Virus record (IMG/VR): IMGVR_UViG_3300046810_000338 | Coordinates: 124,001-188,000 of that record | Strand: one strand, 5' to 3' | DNA: 64,000 nucleotides | In this document: piece by piece, positions 9,621-18,774 of the stretch | Numbering within the stretch: the first letter of the stretch is position 1 | How the letters are laid out: every line of letters begins with the position of its first letter | Notes under the pieces: generated by a model | What the model was told of the DNA's origin: nothing | Databases searched by the model: none | The model's input: the letters and a program-made list of their open reading frames with translations, nothing else | Program-made: the position numbers and the translations under genes

Positions 9621-10889
9621 TTAGATGAACAGGTCTCGCTTGATATCCAAGATGGCCCCACGGCCAGGCTGTAGGCGGTGCAAGTTGGTACGCACTGAGT
9701 CTACGGCTGGAGCGTTATGCCATTGGATAGAATGCATGCGCAGCCGGTCGTGAATGCCATCTGGCACAATGACCACCCATTTGTCCCCTTCGTCTTCCAA
9801 CACGTAACTCATCAATCGCCCATCGTGGTGAACGGCTGGAGAGGTTACGGTTTCGTGGTGCAGGAACACACAAGGATGCTGTGTGGTTTCCAAAGGGATC
9901 TTGTCGCAATAGACGTCCGGCGACTGGACGGCAATGACAAACGATTGACTGGTGGTCAACAGTTCCAGCAGGAAGTTACGACCCTTGGACTCTGGTACAG
10001 AGATCATGGTGGGGGCCAGTGGGTTGGTGGAGATAGCCGCTCGGATACGCTGCAAGTCCAGATACTTCTCAGCCTTGAGGAAGTTCTCCAAGTACGGGTA
10101 GCGCAACAGGTTCAGTTCAAAACCTGAGTTACCGATCGAGCGGAACGTGCTGCCCAGTGGAATCAGGTAACCACACAGAGAGAGCATGGCCGTGCAGTTA
10201 TCCCAATCCACATCCTGTACGTTGAGATACAGCGGGGTGTCCAACGTGGCACCGTCTTCGGGCAGCCCTGTGATCATGCTTTCCACGATCGGATAGATCT
10301 TGCACCCCCCAAGAGGAGCCAGACTCACAATGCCCACCGAGTTGATCTTGGCTACCTGAGCAGACCGACCACCTTGCTTAACGTAGAGCCCACGTTCAGA
10401 GGAGTAGGTGCGATGCAGAAAGCCGTTGACTTCCACCAGTACGTTTGCCTCAACCAGTCCAGGGGAAAGCGTTGGGTGAGTCAGCAGTAGGTCTGTACGC
10501 TCAGAGAACGGCACTGTTGGATTAGGTCCAGCACCTGGGATAACTTCCTCTACTGAAAAGTTTGCTTCCAATGCGTTGGCGTACTTGGCTTTCACCGTCT
10601 TGGTTGCGGTGAACTCGACAGTAGGCAGTGCTTTGTTAGCCAGTGCAATGAACCAATTGGCAACGGTGATTGCCGAGAAGAAGGGTTGAACGAATGTCGC
10701 CCCATCCTGAGTGAAGTCGAAAAGGTATTGCACGTTGGGACTGGCATCGTGAGTCAAGATCATGCGGCTTTGACCATAAGTTGCAGTCAGTGTCCGAACG
10801 TCCGCTGCGAGGACTTCGGCCAGGTCAACTTCTAACCAGCGCATTCCATTGGCATTCACTTTGTGATAGAACTTTCTTAGCGTGTACAT
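9621..10889 (-). CDS. Virion structural protein (conserved in phiKZ-like phages)
   Basis: 422-aa ORF. Motifs NVLVEVNGFLHRT and LSLCGYL, and a position divergent from the tail-fibre genes, are recalled from relatives. Confidence 0.55.
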   Translation of the reverse strand: MYTLRKFYHKVNANGMRWLEVDLAEVLAADVRTLTATYGQSRMILTHDASPNVQYLFDFTQDGATFVQPFFSAITVANWFIALANKALPTVEFTATKTVKAKYANALEANFSVEEVIPGAGPNPTVPFSERTDLLLTHPTLSPGLVEANVLVEVNGFLHRTYSSERGLYVKQGGRSAQVAKINSVGIVSLAPLGGCKIYPIVESMITGLPEDGATLDTPLYLNVQDVDWDNCTAMLSLCGYLIPLGSTFRSIGNSGFELNLLRYPYLENFLKAEKYLDLQRIRAAISTNPLAPTMISVPESKGRNFLLELLTTSQSFVIAVQSPDVYCDKIPLETTQHPCVFLHHETVTSPAVHHDGRLMSYVLEDEGDKWVVIVPDGIHDRLRMHSIQWHNAPAVDSVRTNLHRLQPGRGAILDIKRDLFI

Positions 10890-10992
10890 AGTTCCGGTCC
10901 CTATATAGAGAGAAGTATGTTATGGACGATAGATGGCTATAGAATAGCCGCCCTACAAACACCCTAGAGACGGCTTTCGGAGTGCACGAGAC

Positions 10993-13620
10993 ATGGCAAC
11001 TGATCTCAACACTGTAACCCTCCCCTTCGACCGCTGGGGGACTGCCCTCACCAACAAGCGTGAAGGCGAACGGTACGAGCTGACCGCTGTAACGTGGTCG
11101 GAATTCAACATAATCATCCCGCAGTATGCCCCTTTTTACTCGGCCTCCATCGACTACCTCGTGCATTACCCTAGCGGTGACAAACTGTATCGTGGCATTC
11201 ACTGGATCGAAGGCTGGTACTACCAGTCCGCCTCCGGTGAGATCGGCCTGGACTTGCATTGCTGCATTTACTTCTACGATCCAACGCTGAGCGGGGAGAT
11301 TCTTATCCCAAGCTATCAGGCGATGGGTGGGGAGTGGCAACTCAACGGTATTCTGTTGACTCAGATCCTGGCTAACAAGCTGCTGAACCCACTGCGTTAC
11401 TACTGGGAACAGATTGCTAACCTGCCTGAGATCTTCAACCCGCTGGACCATGACCAGGATATCCAAGACTTCACCAAACTGGGTGACCTGATCGACGTTC
11501 TGCAAGACATGGCTCGTGCGATTGACAGCACCACCGGCGATGCCGGCGCTGACTTCCGTGCACACATGATCAACTACAACAACGTTCACCAGGTAAACAA
11601 AGCGCAGGTCGGGTTGCCGTTGGTTCAGAACTACGGCATTGCTACGGCTTCTGACATCGCTCAAGGTGTGATGACCTCAACGGTGTACATGAACCCACCG
11701 ATGACCAACCTGATGATCCAGCAGATTGCCATTGCTGCCCTGGCTCAACACACCGCCGACCAGACCAACAGCCACCATGTGACTGCTGCTCAAACCGGTG
11801 CGTACAGTCAGTTGGAAATCAACGCGATGTTGGAGTCCCTGGCCAACGGGTTGCTGTACAACATCAAAGCCTACCGTCTGGAAGGCAAAAGTGTTAGCGA
11901 CATCGTGACCATGGCCAAGGAGGATTTGAATGCCTCCATCGACGCCATCAGCAAGAACGTTCAGGCCATTGTGGACAACGTTCTCAAAGATGCTCAAGTT
12001 ACCAACGCCACTCGCTTTGATAACAAGACATCGGCTGAATGGAACGTACTGATTGCTCAGTCGGCCACCGACGTAGCAACTGGTTTGATCGCTACGAAGA
12101 TGGCTGCGCTCAGTGCTACCAACTGGACGTCGATTCCTTCCATCGAAGATCTGATCAACTTGCAGATCGCTGCGGCACCAAAAGATGCCAACGGCAACCC
12201 GATCGTGCTGAACCCGCTGAACGTGACGGATAAAACCGTCGTCTTCTTTGGCGAGTACACTGCGTTCAAAGCCAACGTGGTCAACGGTGCGACAGTGCTG
12301 GAGCCTAACCAGTTCCCGCTAACGATCCAGTACAAGGCCGTGGACACCGTAAGCGATCTGTCGATCCATGCCGAGGTCACGTATAACGCTGTCATGAAAA
12401 ATGGCACTGTCATTTACACGACCGTGCTGGCCAATCCAGAAGCGACCATGATCCCAGTGATCCGTCGTCACCCAACTGACCTTACCAAAGTTCAGGTGGG
12501 CATGCGTTGGGACGCATCGAGCATGCCAGAGATTGGCTATCAGGTCATGATGGGTGTGTCGATGTTCGCCAAACTGGCAGCACCTATCGCCTGGCACACT
12601 GACGCGGCTAACGCAGGTGTTATCACCTTGCCTGCCAACTACGTCGAAGTGGTCAAGCGGATTGAGTTGGTAGGGGATGCCTCGGGTGCTGGTAAGGACT
12701 GGACTGCCGACATCACTGCCCTTAAGAAGGCGCAGGATGATCTGAAAGCTTCGATTGGCGTCATTCAGGACGCCCTCACGCTGTTCAGTAAAAACGCTGC
12801 GACAATGGGTAACCGTGTATCCGCATTGGAACGACTGAACACCCGTAACCTGACGATGTTCGCTGCTGCGAGCATCACTGGTACGGCTGGGGTCAATGTG
12901 GCTCAACCAGTTCTGGGTTGGTTTGCAGAGGCGTTGGTTACAGCTGCTACTCCAATCACGATGACCTTCCAGTTGGACAAAGGTTACATCACCTACCGCA
13001 TTGCCTACGACTTCAATTCGGCAGTGCTGCATGCGGCGTCCGACCACGACGACCTGACTACCCGTCTGTTGCCGGTGGTTACTCTGGATAGTCGCACTGT
13101 TGACGGCGTTACCAGTCAGTACCTGCGTCTGGGTGCCATCAACTTCGATGCTGCCAAGCAACTGACCATGGTTAACATCGTGTCGGTGGGCACTGCGGTG
13201 ATGGTCTTGGCTGCCCCGGTCTACAGTAACGTTGTGGACTCCAGTGCAGTAACGGTTCCGCCTGGCTTCACGCTGACCAAGTTCAGCAGTGCAACTCGGG
13301 TAGAGCTGAATGCTGTGTCGATGGCGGTCACTCAGCTGACACCGGCAGTGATGGCGGGCGATTCCTCTATCTCGGCAGCTGACACGAACATCATTGACTT
13401 GAGTGTCTTGGATGAAACCGTGTTCGATGTAGCGCATCCTAAAGTGACGGTCAGTCTTCTGGACGACACCGTAGGTAGTGCGACCCATGGCATGTACATC
13501 AACTCTGAGGCGGTCATTGTTGTGGCAACCGATGGCACCGCGGTGTATCTGGTTAACACCGATCCGGCCAATGCAGTGGACTGTCGTTACCGGGTGGAAG
13601 TTCCACGACTTCCTGTTTAA
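10993..13620 (+). CDS. Tail fibre / baseplate fibre protein (phiKZ gp145-like N-terminus)
   Basis: N-terminal IIIPQYAPFY domain; fibre repeats HMINYNNVHQVNKAQVGLPLVQNY and HTADQTNSHHVTAAQTG; coiled coil; beta-rich C-terminus with GMYINSEAVIVVA. Confidence 0.75.
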   Translation: MATDLNTVTLPFDRWGTALTNKREGERYELTAVTWSEFNIIIPQYAPFYSASIDYLVHYPSGDKLYRGIHWIEGWYYQSASGEIGLDLHCCIYFYDPTLSGEILIPSYQAMGGEWQLNGILLTQILANKLLNPLRYYWEQIANLPEIFNPLDHDQDIQDFTKLGDLIDVLQDMARAIDSTTGDAGADFRAHMINYNNVHQVNKAQVGLPLVQNYGIATASDIAQGVMTSTVYMNPPMTNLMIQQIAIAALAQHTADQTNSHHVTAAQTGAYSQLEINAMLESLANGLLYNIKAYRLEGKSVSDIVTMAKEDLNASIDAISKNVQAIVDNVLKDAQVTNATRFDNKTSAEWNVLIAQSATDVATGLIATKMAALSATNWTSIPSIEDLINLQIAAAPKDANGNPIVLNPLNVTDKTVVFFGEYTAFKANVVNGATVLEPNQFPLTIQYKAVDTVSDLSIHAEVTYNAVMKNGTVIYTTVLANPEATMIPVIRRHPTDLTKVQVGMRWDASSMPEIGYQVMMGVSMFAKLAAPIAWHTDAANAGVITLPANYVEVVKRIELVGDASGAGKDWTADITALKKAQDDLKASIGVIQDALTLFSKNAATMGNRVSALERLNTRNLTMFAAASITGTAGVNVAQPVLGWFAEALVTAATPITMTFQLDKGYITYRIAYDFNSAVLHAASDHDDLTTRLLPVVTLDSRTVDGVTSQYLRLGAINFDAAKQLTMVNIVSVGTAVMVLAAPVYSNVVDSSAVTVPPGFTLTKFSSATRVELNAVSMAVTQLTPAVMAGDSSISAADTNIIDLSVLDETVFDVAHPKVTVSLLDDTVGSATHGMYINSEAVIVVATDGTAVYLVNTDPANAVDCRYRVEVPRLPV

Positions 13621-13668
13621 AGCATCGCCCCTCTCAGGAGGGGCGTTACCACCTAAGGGCTTATTGTC

Positions 13669-14511
13669 ATGTCCATTCGGCCAGTCAAGTACGAAATTGA
13701 TAAAACCGGTCTTAACCCCAATAACTTGGTTCTCAATGAGGATCATGTTCTGCCGGCTTCGGGGAAACGCTTTCTTGTCACGGACAATGGACCGTTTTAC
13801 ACCCATTCTGTTGTTTTGACAGACATGGCGACTGGTCAGGTTCTGGCACCTAGAACACAGTACACCGCTATCCAGCTGGAAGAAGAAGCCACGCTGGAAT
13901 CGGGCAAAGAAGTTTGCTCTATTCTCATCATCGACGATGACACGGTCAGTGCTAACGTGATGGTCACCTACCAGTGCTATGGCGGCTGGATGAGTTATTC
14001 TGTTCGAGCCATTCTGGAGATGATCCAGAACCTTGATCTGGATAACCGGGTGATTGATTGGGGTATGATTGTTGGTGCCCCTGATCGTTATCCTCCAGCA
14101 CCTCACGCTCACCCACTGTCTGACATTTACGGTTGGAGCAAACTGTTCCCTGCCTTGAATGCCATCCGTGATGCCATTCTGCGTGGCGATGAAGCCAAGT
14201 TCGATGCTATCCGTACAAGCTTTGCAGCAGAGATTGCCAGACTTGAAGGGCGCATCAATGCAAACGACGGTATATTGCAGATCCACATTGCTGACCACGG
14301 CAACCCTCACCAGGTTGACAAGGCTCAAGTTGGCCTGCCTTTAGTACCAAACTTTGCCATGGCTACCAAGCTTGAGGCAACTGCCGGTGTCTTGGACACT
14401 CGGTTCATGAGCCCACTGCGTGTAAGTGATTCTGTCAACTACATCAACGATGGCATGTTGGCCGAACTCTCCGCGCTGTGCCAAAGTCTGACGGTGGTCT
14501 TCGAGGCATAA
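13669..14511 (+). CDS. Tail-fibre-associated protein (phiKZ gp146-like N-terminal domain)
   Basis: KYEIDKTGLNPNNLVLNEDH, DNRVIDWGMIVGAP..YPPAPHAH and the fibre repeat HIADHGNPHQVDKAQVGLPLVPNF. Confidence 0.7.
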   Translation: MSIRPVKYEIDKTGLNPNNLVLNEDHVLPASGKRFLVTDNGPFYTHSVVLTDMATGQVLAPRTQYTAIQLEEEATLESGKEVCSILIIDDDTVSANVMVTYQCYGGWMSYSVRAILEMIQNLDLDNRVIDWGMIVGAPDRYPPAPHAHPLSDIYGWSKLFPALNAIRDAILRGDEAKFDAIRTSFAAEIARLEGRINANDGILQIHIADHGNPHQVDKAQVGLPLVPNFAMATKLEATAGVLDTRFMSPLRVSDSVNYINDGMLAELSALCQSLTVVFEA

Positions 14512-14514
14512 TCC

Positions 14515-15783
14515 ATGGAAAACCTGGCTGCTTACAAGTCAAGGTTCTCAGCGATGATTGAATCCCTCAAACGGTACGCTGAAGTCAGCGGTGCCGTTTG
14601 TTTGGATGGGGCTCGTAACTTTGTGGCCCAAGGTGAAACCCATACCTTCAACATCACGAACTACGACCGTTTCAGTACGTATGCGGTGACTACCAATCAG
14701 GGGTCGGTTACCCTGATTAAAGACACCATCACGATCACCACGTCCGCCACCTTAACCCCAGTTAATCCCTTTGTACTGACTGTTCGTAAGAACGGAATTA
14801 CGCGGGTGATTAATATGAAAATTGTCTCCATTGGGGTTTCGCCGATCGAGTTCATTGCTCCAACGCCGTTTCAGTTCATCGACGGCAACTCGACCTTGTT
14901 GTCGGTTAAGCCGTTCGATGTTTACCCAGCTGGCAGTCAAACGCATGTTAGTACGGATTGGCAAGTTTCTGCTGATCCCAACTTTATCAGCGTGGCCTTC
15001 CAGTCCATGGGTGACGCGGTCAACAAGCTTTCGATCAATGCACTTGGATTGCCTTACGGTACCAGGTTGTATGCTCGGGCCAGACACAATGGTAGTTCGA
15101 CCAATGCCGCTATCAATCAGGGCCCATGGGTTAACGTAGAGTTCAGAACAGGTCAGACTCGTTTGACCAATTTCGATACCAGTTGGGTCACCAGTTGGGA
15201 AGAAGGAATTCTGCGTCAAACCAGTCGCAACACTGCGTGGGACACTCAAGCTGAGCGCTTCAATCAAGACACTCAGCAATACGAGACCTACACCCGGCAG
15301 ACCAGTCGGACTACGTTGTTTGACACGGTTGAATCGTATCAACGACAGACTAACCATTACACTGATAACTTTACCGAATGGGATACGACCAAGCAGGTCT
15401 ACACCAGCTACCAGACTTCTCAGGTCACTGGTTACTGGCAGGCAGGCGGTCCGCGGTACAGTTCTTACGTGTCGGCTGTGGCCAGATACCAGTATGGTCC
15501 GCAAGGTGTCTTCGATGCCAACGGTAACCCAACTGGTGAAGTGATCATGGTCAACCAGTTCATGGGTTACGACTATGTGCCGGTAAACGTCTATGTCGGT
15601 CAGAATCCAGACTACTACGTGAGTTACAACACCGCCTATCAGGCAGGTCGTTGGACAGACTACATCACGCATAAAACGTCTGGCTATAAAGGCCAAACCT
15701 ACTACCTGACAGCAATTGATCCACGACAGACTAGTCGGGTCACTCACGCTACAACAGAGCGCTCTACCCGAGTCGATCCATAG
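14515..15783 (+). CDS. Fibre-like protein copy A (Ig/FN3-like N-half, Thr/Ser-rich repeat C-half)
   Basis: FN3-like STDWQVSADPNF...LPYGTRLYARARHNG and repeated TS-x-x-T-x-W/F/Y motifs. Clear paralogue of 16771-18039. Confidence 0.65.
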   Translation: MENLAAYKSRFSAMIESLKRYAEVSGAVCLDGARNFVAQGETHTFNITNYDRFSTYAVTTNQGSVTLIKDTITITTSATLTPVNPFVLTVRKNGITRVINMKIVSIGVSPIEFIAPTPFQFIDGNSTLLSVKPFDVYPAGSQTHVSTDWQVSADPNFISVAFQSMGDAVNKLSINALGLPYGTRLYARARHNGSSTNAAINQGPWVNVEFRTGQTRLTNFDTSWVTSWEEGILRQTSRNTAWDTQAERFNQDTQQYETYTRQTSRTTLFDTVESYQRQTNHYTDNFTEWDTTKQVYTSYQTSQVTGYWQAGGPRYSSYVSAVARYQYGPQGVFDANGNPTGEVIMVNQFMGYDYVPVNVYVGQNPDYYVSYNTAYQAGRWTDYITHKTSGYKGQTYYLTAIDPRQTSRVTHATTERSTRVDP

Positions 15784-15801
15784 GTCGGGGGGTAGAGTAA
15801 T

Positions 15802-15819
15802 GGGGGAGGCGACTCCCCC
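15802..15819 (+). terminator. GC-rich hairpin
   Basis: GGGGGAG-GCGA-CTCCCCC between fibre copy A and the next gene. Confidence 0.45.
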
Positions 15820-15834
15820 GTCTTTACCCACGGG

Positions 15835-16737
15835 GTGTTTACATTGAATCCAGTTGACCGTTTGTACCTAGGTTCCCCTCAGGCATCTGAAGTCTCCCGC
15901 ATTGGTCCCAATCAAAGGACCTGTGACAATGATGCCATTTTGGAGTTGGAGAAACTCATTGATCGGATGTGTCCTCTGGCCGTGACGTGCGATGCCCGTC
16001 CCTGCCACCCGCCATTCTTCGACGAATTCTGCTATACCGACATCCAGAATGGGTTGATGCTGCGCACGTTGTCGAGTGAGTTGAATGCTCGTTCGATGAT
16101 GTACGCTTCTAATCAAGAAGCTCGGGAAGCGTTTCCTATCGAGAAGGTTATCGATAAGTACGCATTGGGCGACAATGGCCGTAAGTATCGACGTGTCATC
16201 TTTTTGCCAGGCAACAACTCTGTGTCGTTCATCGACCAGAATCGCATGGCGCAACTGATGGCTACCGGGGATTGGTTTATTAAACCACATCCCGTCTGCA
16301 TTCCTGAAATGGTGAAAGACCTGGCCCGTGTATACGGCTACAGTCGCATCATTGAACCCAACGTATCTGGACATCGTCTATTGGTCGATGCCCAAGAGAT
16401 CGCCACCACCGCCGCCTCTGAGATGTACCTGATGGCAAGGCTGATGGACAAGCCGGTCCTCAACGTTGGGGCGTTTGTCAACCAACACCTAATGTCGTAC
16501 GATTCGATCGTTCGACTTCTGACCAATCGGGATACAGACAAGGCCATCATCAACCGTTGTTTGATGTCGGACTCCTCTGGCTATATTCGTCCCGAGTGGC
16601 CGCTGGAACTGAACCAGAAAATCATTGCCAACTACATCGACTTCGTCATGCACGAACGCGAGAAGTTCAGGATGGTCACCCAGCAGCGCCTGGTGGCTGA
16701 CACCTTTGAAGTTCGCAGTTGGCAGGGTAAGGTCTAG
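15835..16737 (+). CDS. Glycosyltransferase-like (GT-B / capsule-synthesis KpsS-like) protein
   Basis: VIFLPGNN...WFIKPHP...DAQEIATTAASEMYLMARLMDKPVLNV follows the pattern of the C-terminal nucleotide-sugar-binding Rossmann domain (KxHP; T..S..G.EA...GKPV). The start is uncertain (GTG). Confidence 0.5.
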   Translation: MFTLNPVDRLYLGSPQASEVSRIGPNQRTCDNDAILELEKLIDRMCPLAVTCDARPCHPPFFDEFCYTDIQNGLMLRTLSSELNARSMMYASNQEAREAFPIEKVIDKYALGDNGRKYRRVIFLPGNNSVSFIDQNRMAQLMATGDWFIKPHPVCIPEMVKDLARVYGYSRIIEPNVSGHRLLVDAQEIATTAASEMYLMARLMDKPVLNVGAFVNQHLMSYDSIVRLLTNRDTDKAIINRCLMSDSSGYIRPEWPLELNQKIIANYIDFVMHEREKFRMVTQQRLVADTFEVRSWQGKV

Positions 16738-16770
16738 CGTTACAGATTTACTCACTATTGGGAACAGTCA

Positions 16771-18039
16771 ATGGATAATTTAACGGAGTATCAGAGCGAC
16801 TTTTCCGCCATGGTGGCATCGCTCAAGCGTTATGCCGAAGTGGCAGGTGCTGTGGCGCTGGACGGTTTGAAAGGCATCATTGCTGAAGGTGAAACCCATA
16901 CCTTCAATATCACGAACTATGACATCTTCAGCACCTACACAGTGTCCTCTAACCAAGGTACCGTGTCCATTGCCAAAGATGTCATCACCATTTCGACTTT
17001 GCCAGGCGTGCGGGTAATCAATCCGTATCTGCTTAAGGTAACCAAGAATGGGGTGCCGCGCACAATCGAGATGAAGATTGTGTCCACAGGTGTTTCGCCC
17101 GTGGATATTCTGGCACCGATTGCCATGGAAACCTTCGATACCAATGCCCTGACTATCCGCACGTCGGACTTCGCTGTTTATCCGGTTGGCAGCCAGACGC
17201 ATGTTTCGTCGGACTACCAGATTGCCAGCGACCCCGACTTTACCAACATCGTCTGGTCGTCGATGGCAGACACGGTTAACAAGACTGTCATCTTGGTTAC
17301 CGACCTGCCTTACGCTGAGAAGTTCTACATCCGAGCCAGGCATCGCGGTAGCAGCGCAGACGTGACTGCTAACTTAGGTGATTGGACCAGTGTGGCCTTC
17401 CGTACAGGCAAAACCAAACTGACCAACTTTGCCACCAGTTGGGACACCAGTTGGGATGTGGGTCGCGTCCGTCAGACCAGCCGTCAAACAGCTTGGGCAA
17501 CCGATGTGGTCAAGTGGAATGAAGATGCGCAGGGTTATCAAACCCAGCAGCGTCAGACAAGTCGCCTGACCACCTTCGATACTGTCGAAGCGTATGTTCG
17601 TCAGACCAATCATTACACTGACGACTACACCGAGTGGGACACCACCAAACAAGTCTACACCAGCTACACTGTCTCTCAGATGACGGGTTACTGGCAAGCA
17701 GGTGGTGTACGTTACTCCAGCTACATGAGCTATGGCCAAGAGCAGCATGCTCGCTACACGGGTATCCCTGGTATTCCTGGCGTGCCAGACACCGGCTCTG
17801 ACTGGATGACCATCTGGTACGAGAACAACGGTGGTAGTTTGGTGACAGTGCCTGTGGGTACTAACCCAGATGTCTACGTGAGCTACGCCACGGCGTACCA
17901 AGCGGGTAACTGGACCACGTACACCACCCGTAAGTCGTCTGGCTTCAAAGGCCAAACCTACTACGACACTGCGATTGCGACGAGCCAAACTCATCGCACT
18001 ACCAGTATTCAAACTGAACGCAATACTGACGCCATCTAA
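16771..18039 (+). CDS. Fibre-like protein copy B (paralogue of 14515-15783)
   Basis: 422 aa, colinear with copy A. Shared blocks include GETHTFNITNYD, RQTNHYTD.TEWDTTKQVYTSY, TGYWQAGG.RYSSY and KGQTYY. Confidence 0.65.
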   Translation: MDNLTEYQSDFSAMVASLKRYAEVAGAVALDGLKGIIAEGETHTFNITNYDIFSTYTVSSNQGTVSIAKDVITISTLPGVRVINPYLLKVTKNGVPRTIEMKIVSTGVSPVDILAPIAMETFDTNALTIRTSDFAVYPVGSQTHVSSDYQIASDPDFTNIVWSSMADTVNKTVILVTDLPYAEKFYIRARHRGSSADVTANLGDWTSVAFRTGKTKLTNFATSWDTSWDVGRVRQTSRQTAWATDVVKWNEDAQGYQTQQRQTSRLTTFDTVEAYVRQTNHYTDDYTEWDTTKQVYTSYTVSQMTGYWQAGGVRYSSYMSYGQEQHARYTGIPGIPGVPDTGSDWMTIWYENNGGSLVTVPVGTNPDVYVSYATAYQAGNWTTYTTRKSSGFKGQTYYDTAIATSQTHRTTSIQTERNTDAI

Positions 18040-18053
18040 GGCTAGGAGCAGTC

Positions 18054-18677
18054 ATGTCTGTTGCACTGTCTGATTTCAACAAGAAGTTCATCATCACTCG
18101 CTACACCGGCATCGAAGCCGGTTACGTGAATGATCCATCCGATCTGGGTGGTGAGACCAACCACGGTATCACCAAAGGTTTGGCGACTCAGTACGCCGCT
18201 GACCTGAAAGCCAAGTTCGGTTGGGACGGCACCATGCGTAACCTGTCCACTGACGCAGCGTTCTATCTGTACGACGTTGAGTTCTGGGGCAAGATGCAGT
18301 TGGACAACGTCTTCAGTCTGCATCCTCTGATTGCCGACAAGATGTTCGACATCGGTATAAACGCTGGCAAGACGCGTTCGGTGACTTTCCTGCAAGAGTT
18401 CCTGAACGTCAACAACAACGGTCAGAAGCTGTACGCTGACCTCGTGGTAGACGGTGGGATCGGTACCAAGACCTTCAGTGCCCTGCAAGGCTTTGTTACT
18501 GCTCGTGGCAAGGATGGCCTAAAAACCCTCCTGCACTGCCTGATCGCTCGTCAGACCAGCTACTACACCGACATCTCGATGGCGCGTGAGGCTAATGAGC
18601 GCTTTACCTGGGGATGGTTCGGCAGAGCTTACAACTCAGCTGCCGATTACCAGGCACTCGGTTACCTGTACCACTAA
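18054..18677 (+). CDS. Endolysin, glycoside hydrolase family 108 with C-terminal peptidoglycan-binding domain
   Basis: EAGYVNDPSDLGGETNHGIT (GH108 EGGY..D..D.GG.T..GIT), KMFDIGINAG, LVVDGGIGTKT and NERFTWGWF. Confidence 0.9.
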   Translation: MSVALSDFNKKFIITRYTGIEAGYVNDPSDLGGETNHGITKGLATQYAADLKAKFGWDGTMRNLSTDAAFYLYDVEFWGKMQLDNVFSLHPLIADKMFDIGINAGKTRSVTFLQEFLNVNNNGQKLYADLVVDGGIGTKTFSALQGFVTARGKDGLKTLLHCLIARQTSYYTDISMAREANERFTWGWFGRAYNSAADYQALGYLYH

Positions 18678-18684
18678 GCTGCAC

Positions 18685-18715
18685 CATAGAGCCGGGGCAA
18701 TGCCCCGGCCTTATG
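18685..18715 (+). terminator. Hairpin with CATA/TATG flanks
   Basis: GCCGGGGCA(18691-18699)/TGCCCCGGC(18701-18709), TATG at 18712-18715. Confidence 0.65.
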
Positions 18716-18774
18716 CCCCTAGTTTATGACGCTACGTGATAGGGTCTTTATCCACCGTCTAAAGGAGACGCAAG

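Noticed and set aside
12319-14328. 669-aa minus-strand ORF spanning two fibre genes
   Set aside because: It is an antisense shadow. It stays open because the two sense genes share a frame and have biased third positions; it has no recognisable motifs.
14515-18039. Diversity-generating retroelement or invertase-driven tail-fibre switching
   Set aside because: There is no reverse transcriptase or recombinase in the window. The copies are direct rather than inverted, the differences are not adenine-specific, and the DNA is too diverged for a TR/VR pair.
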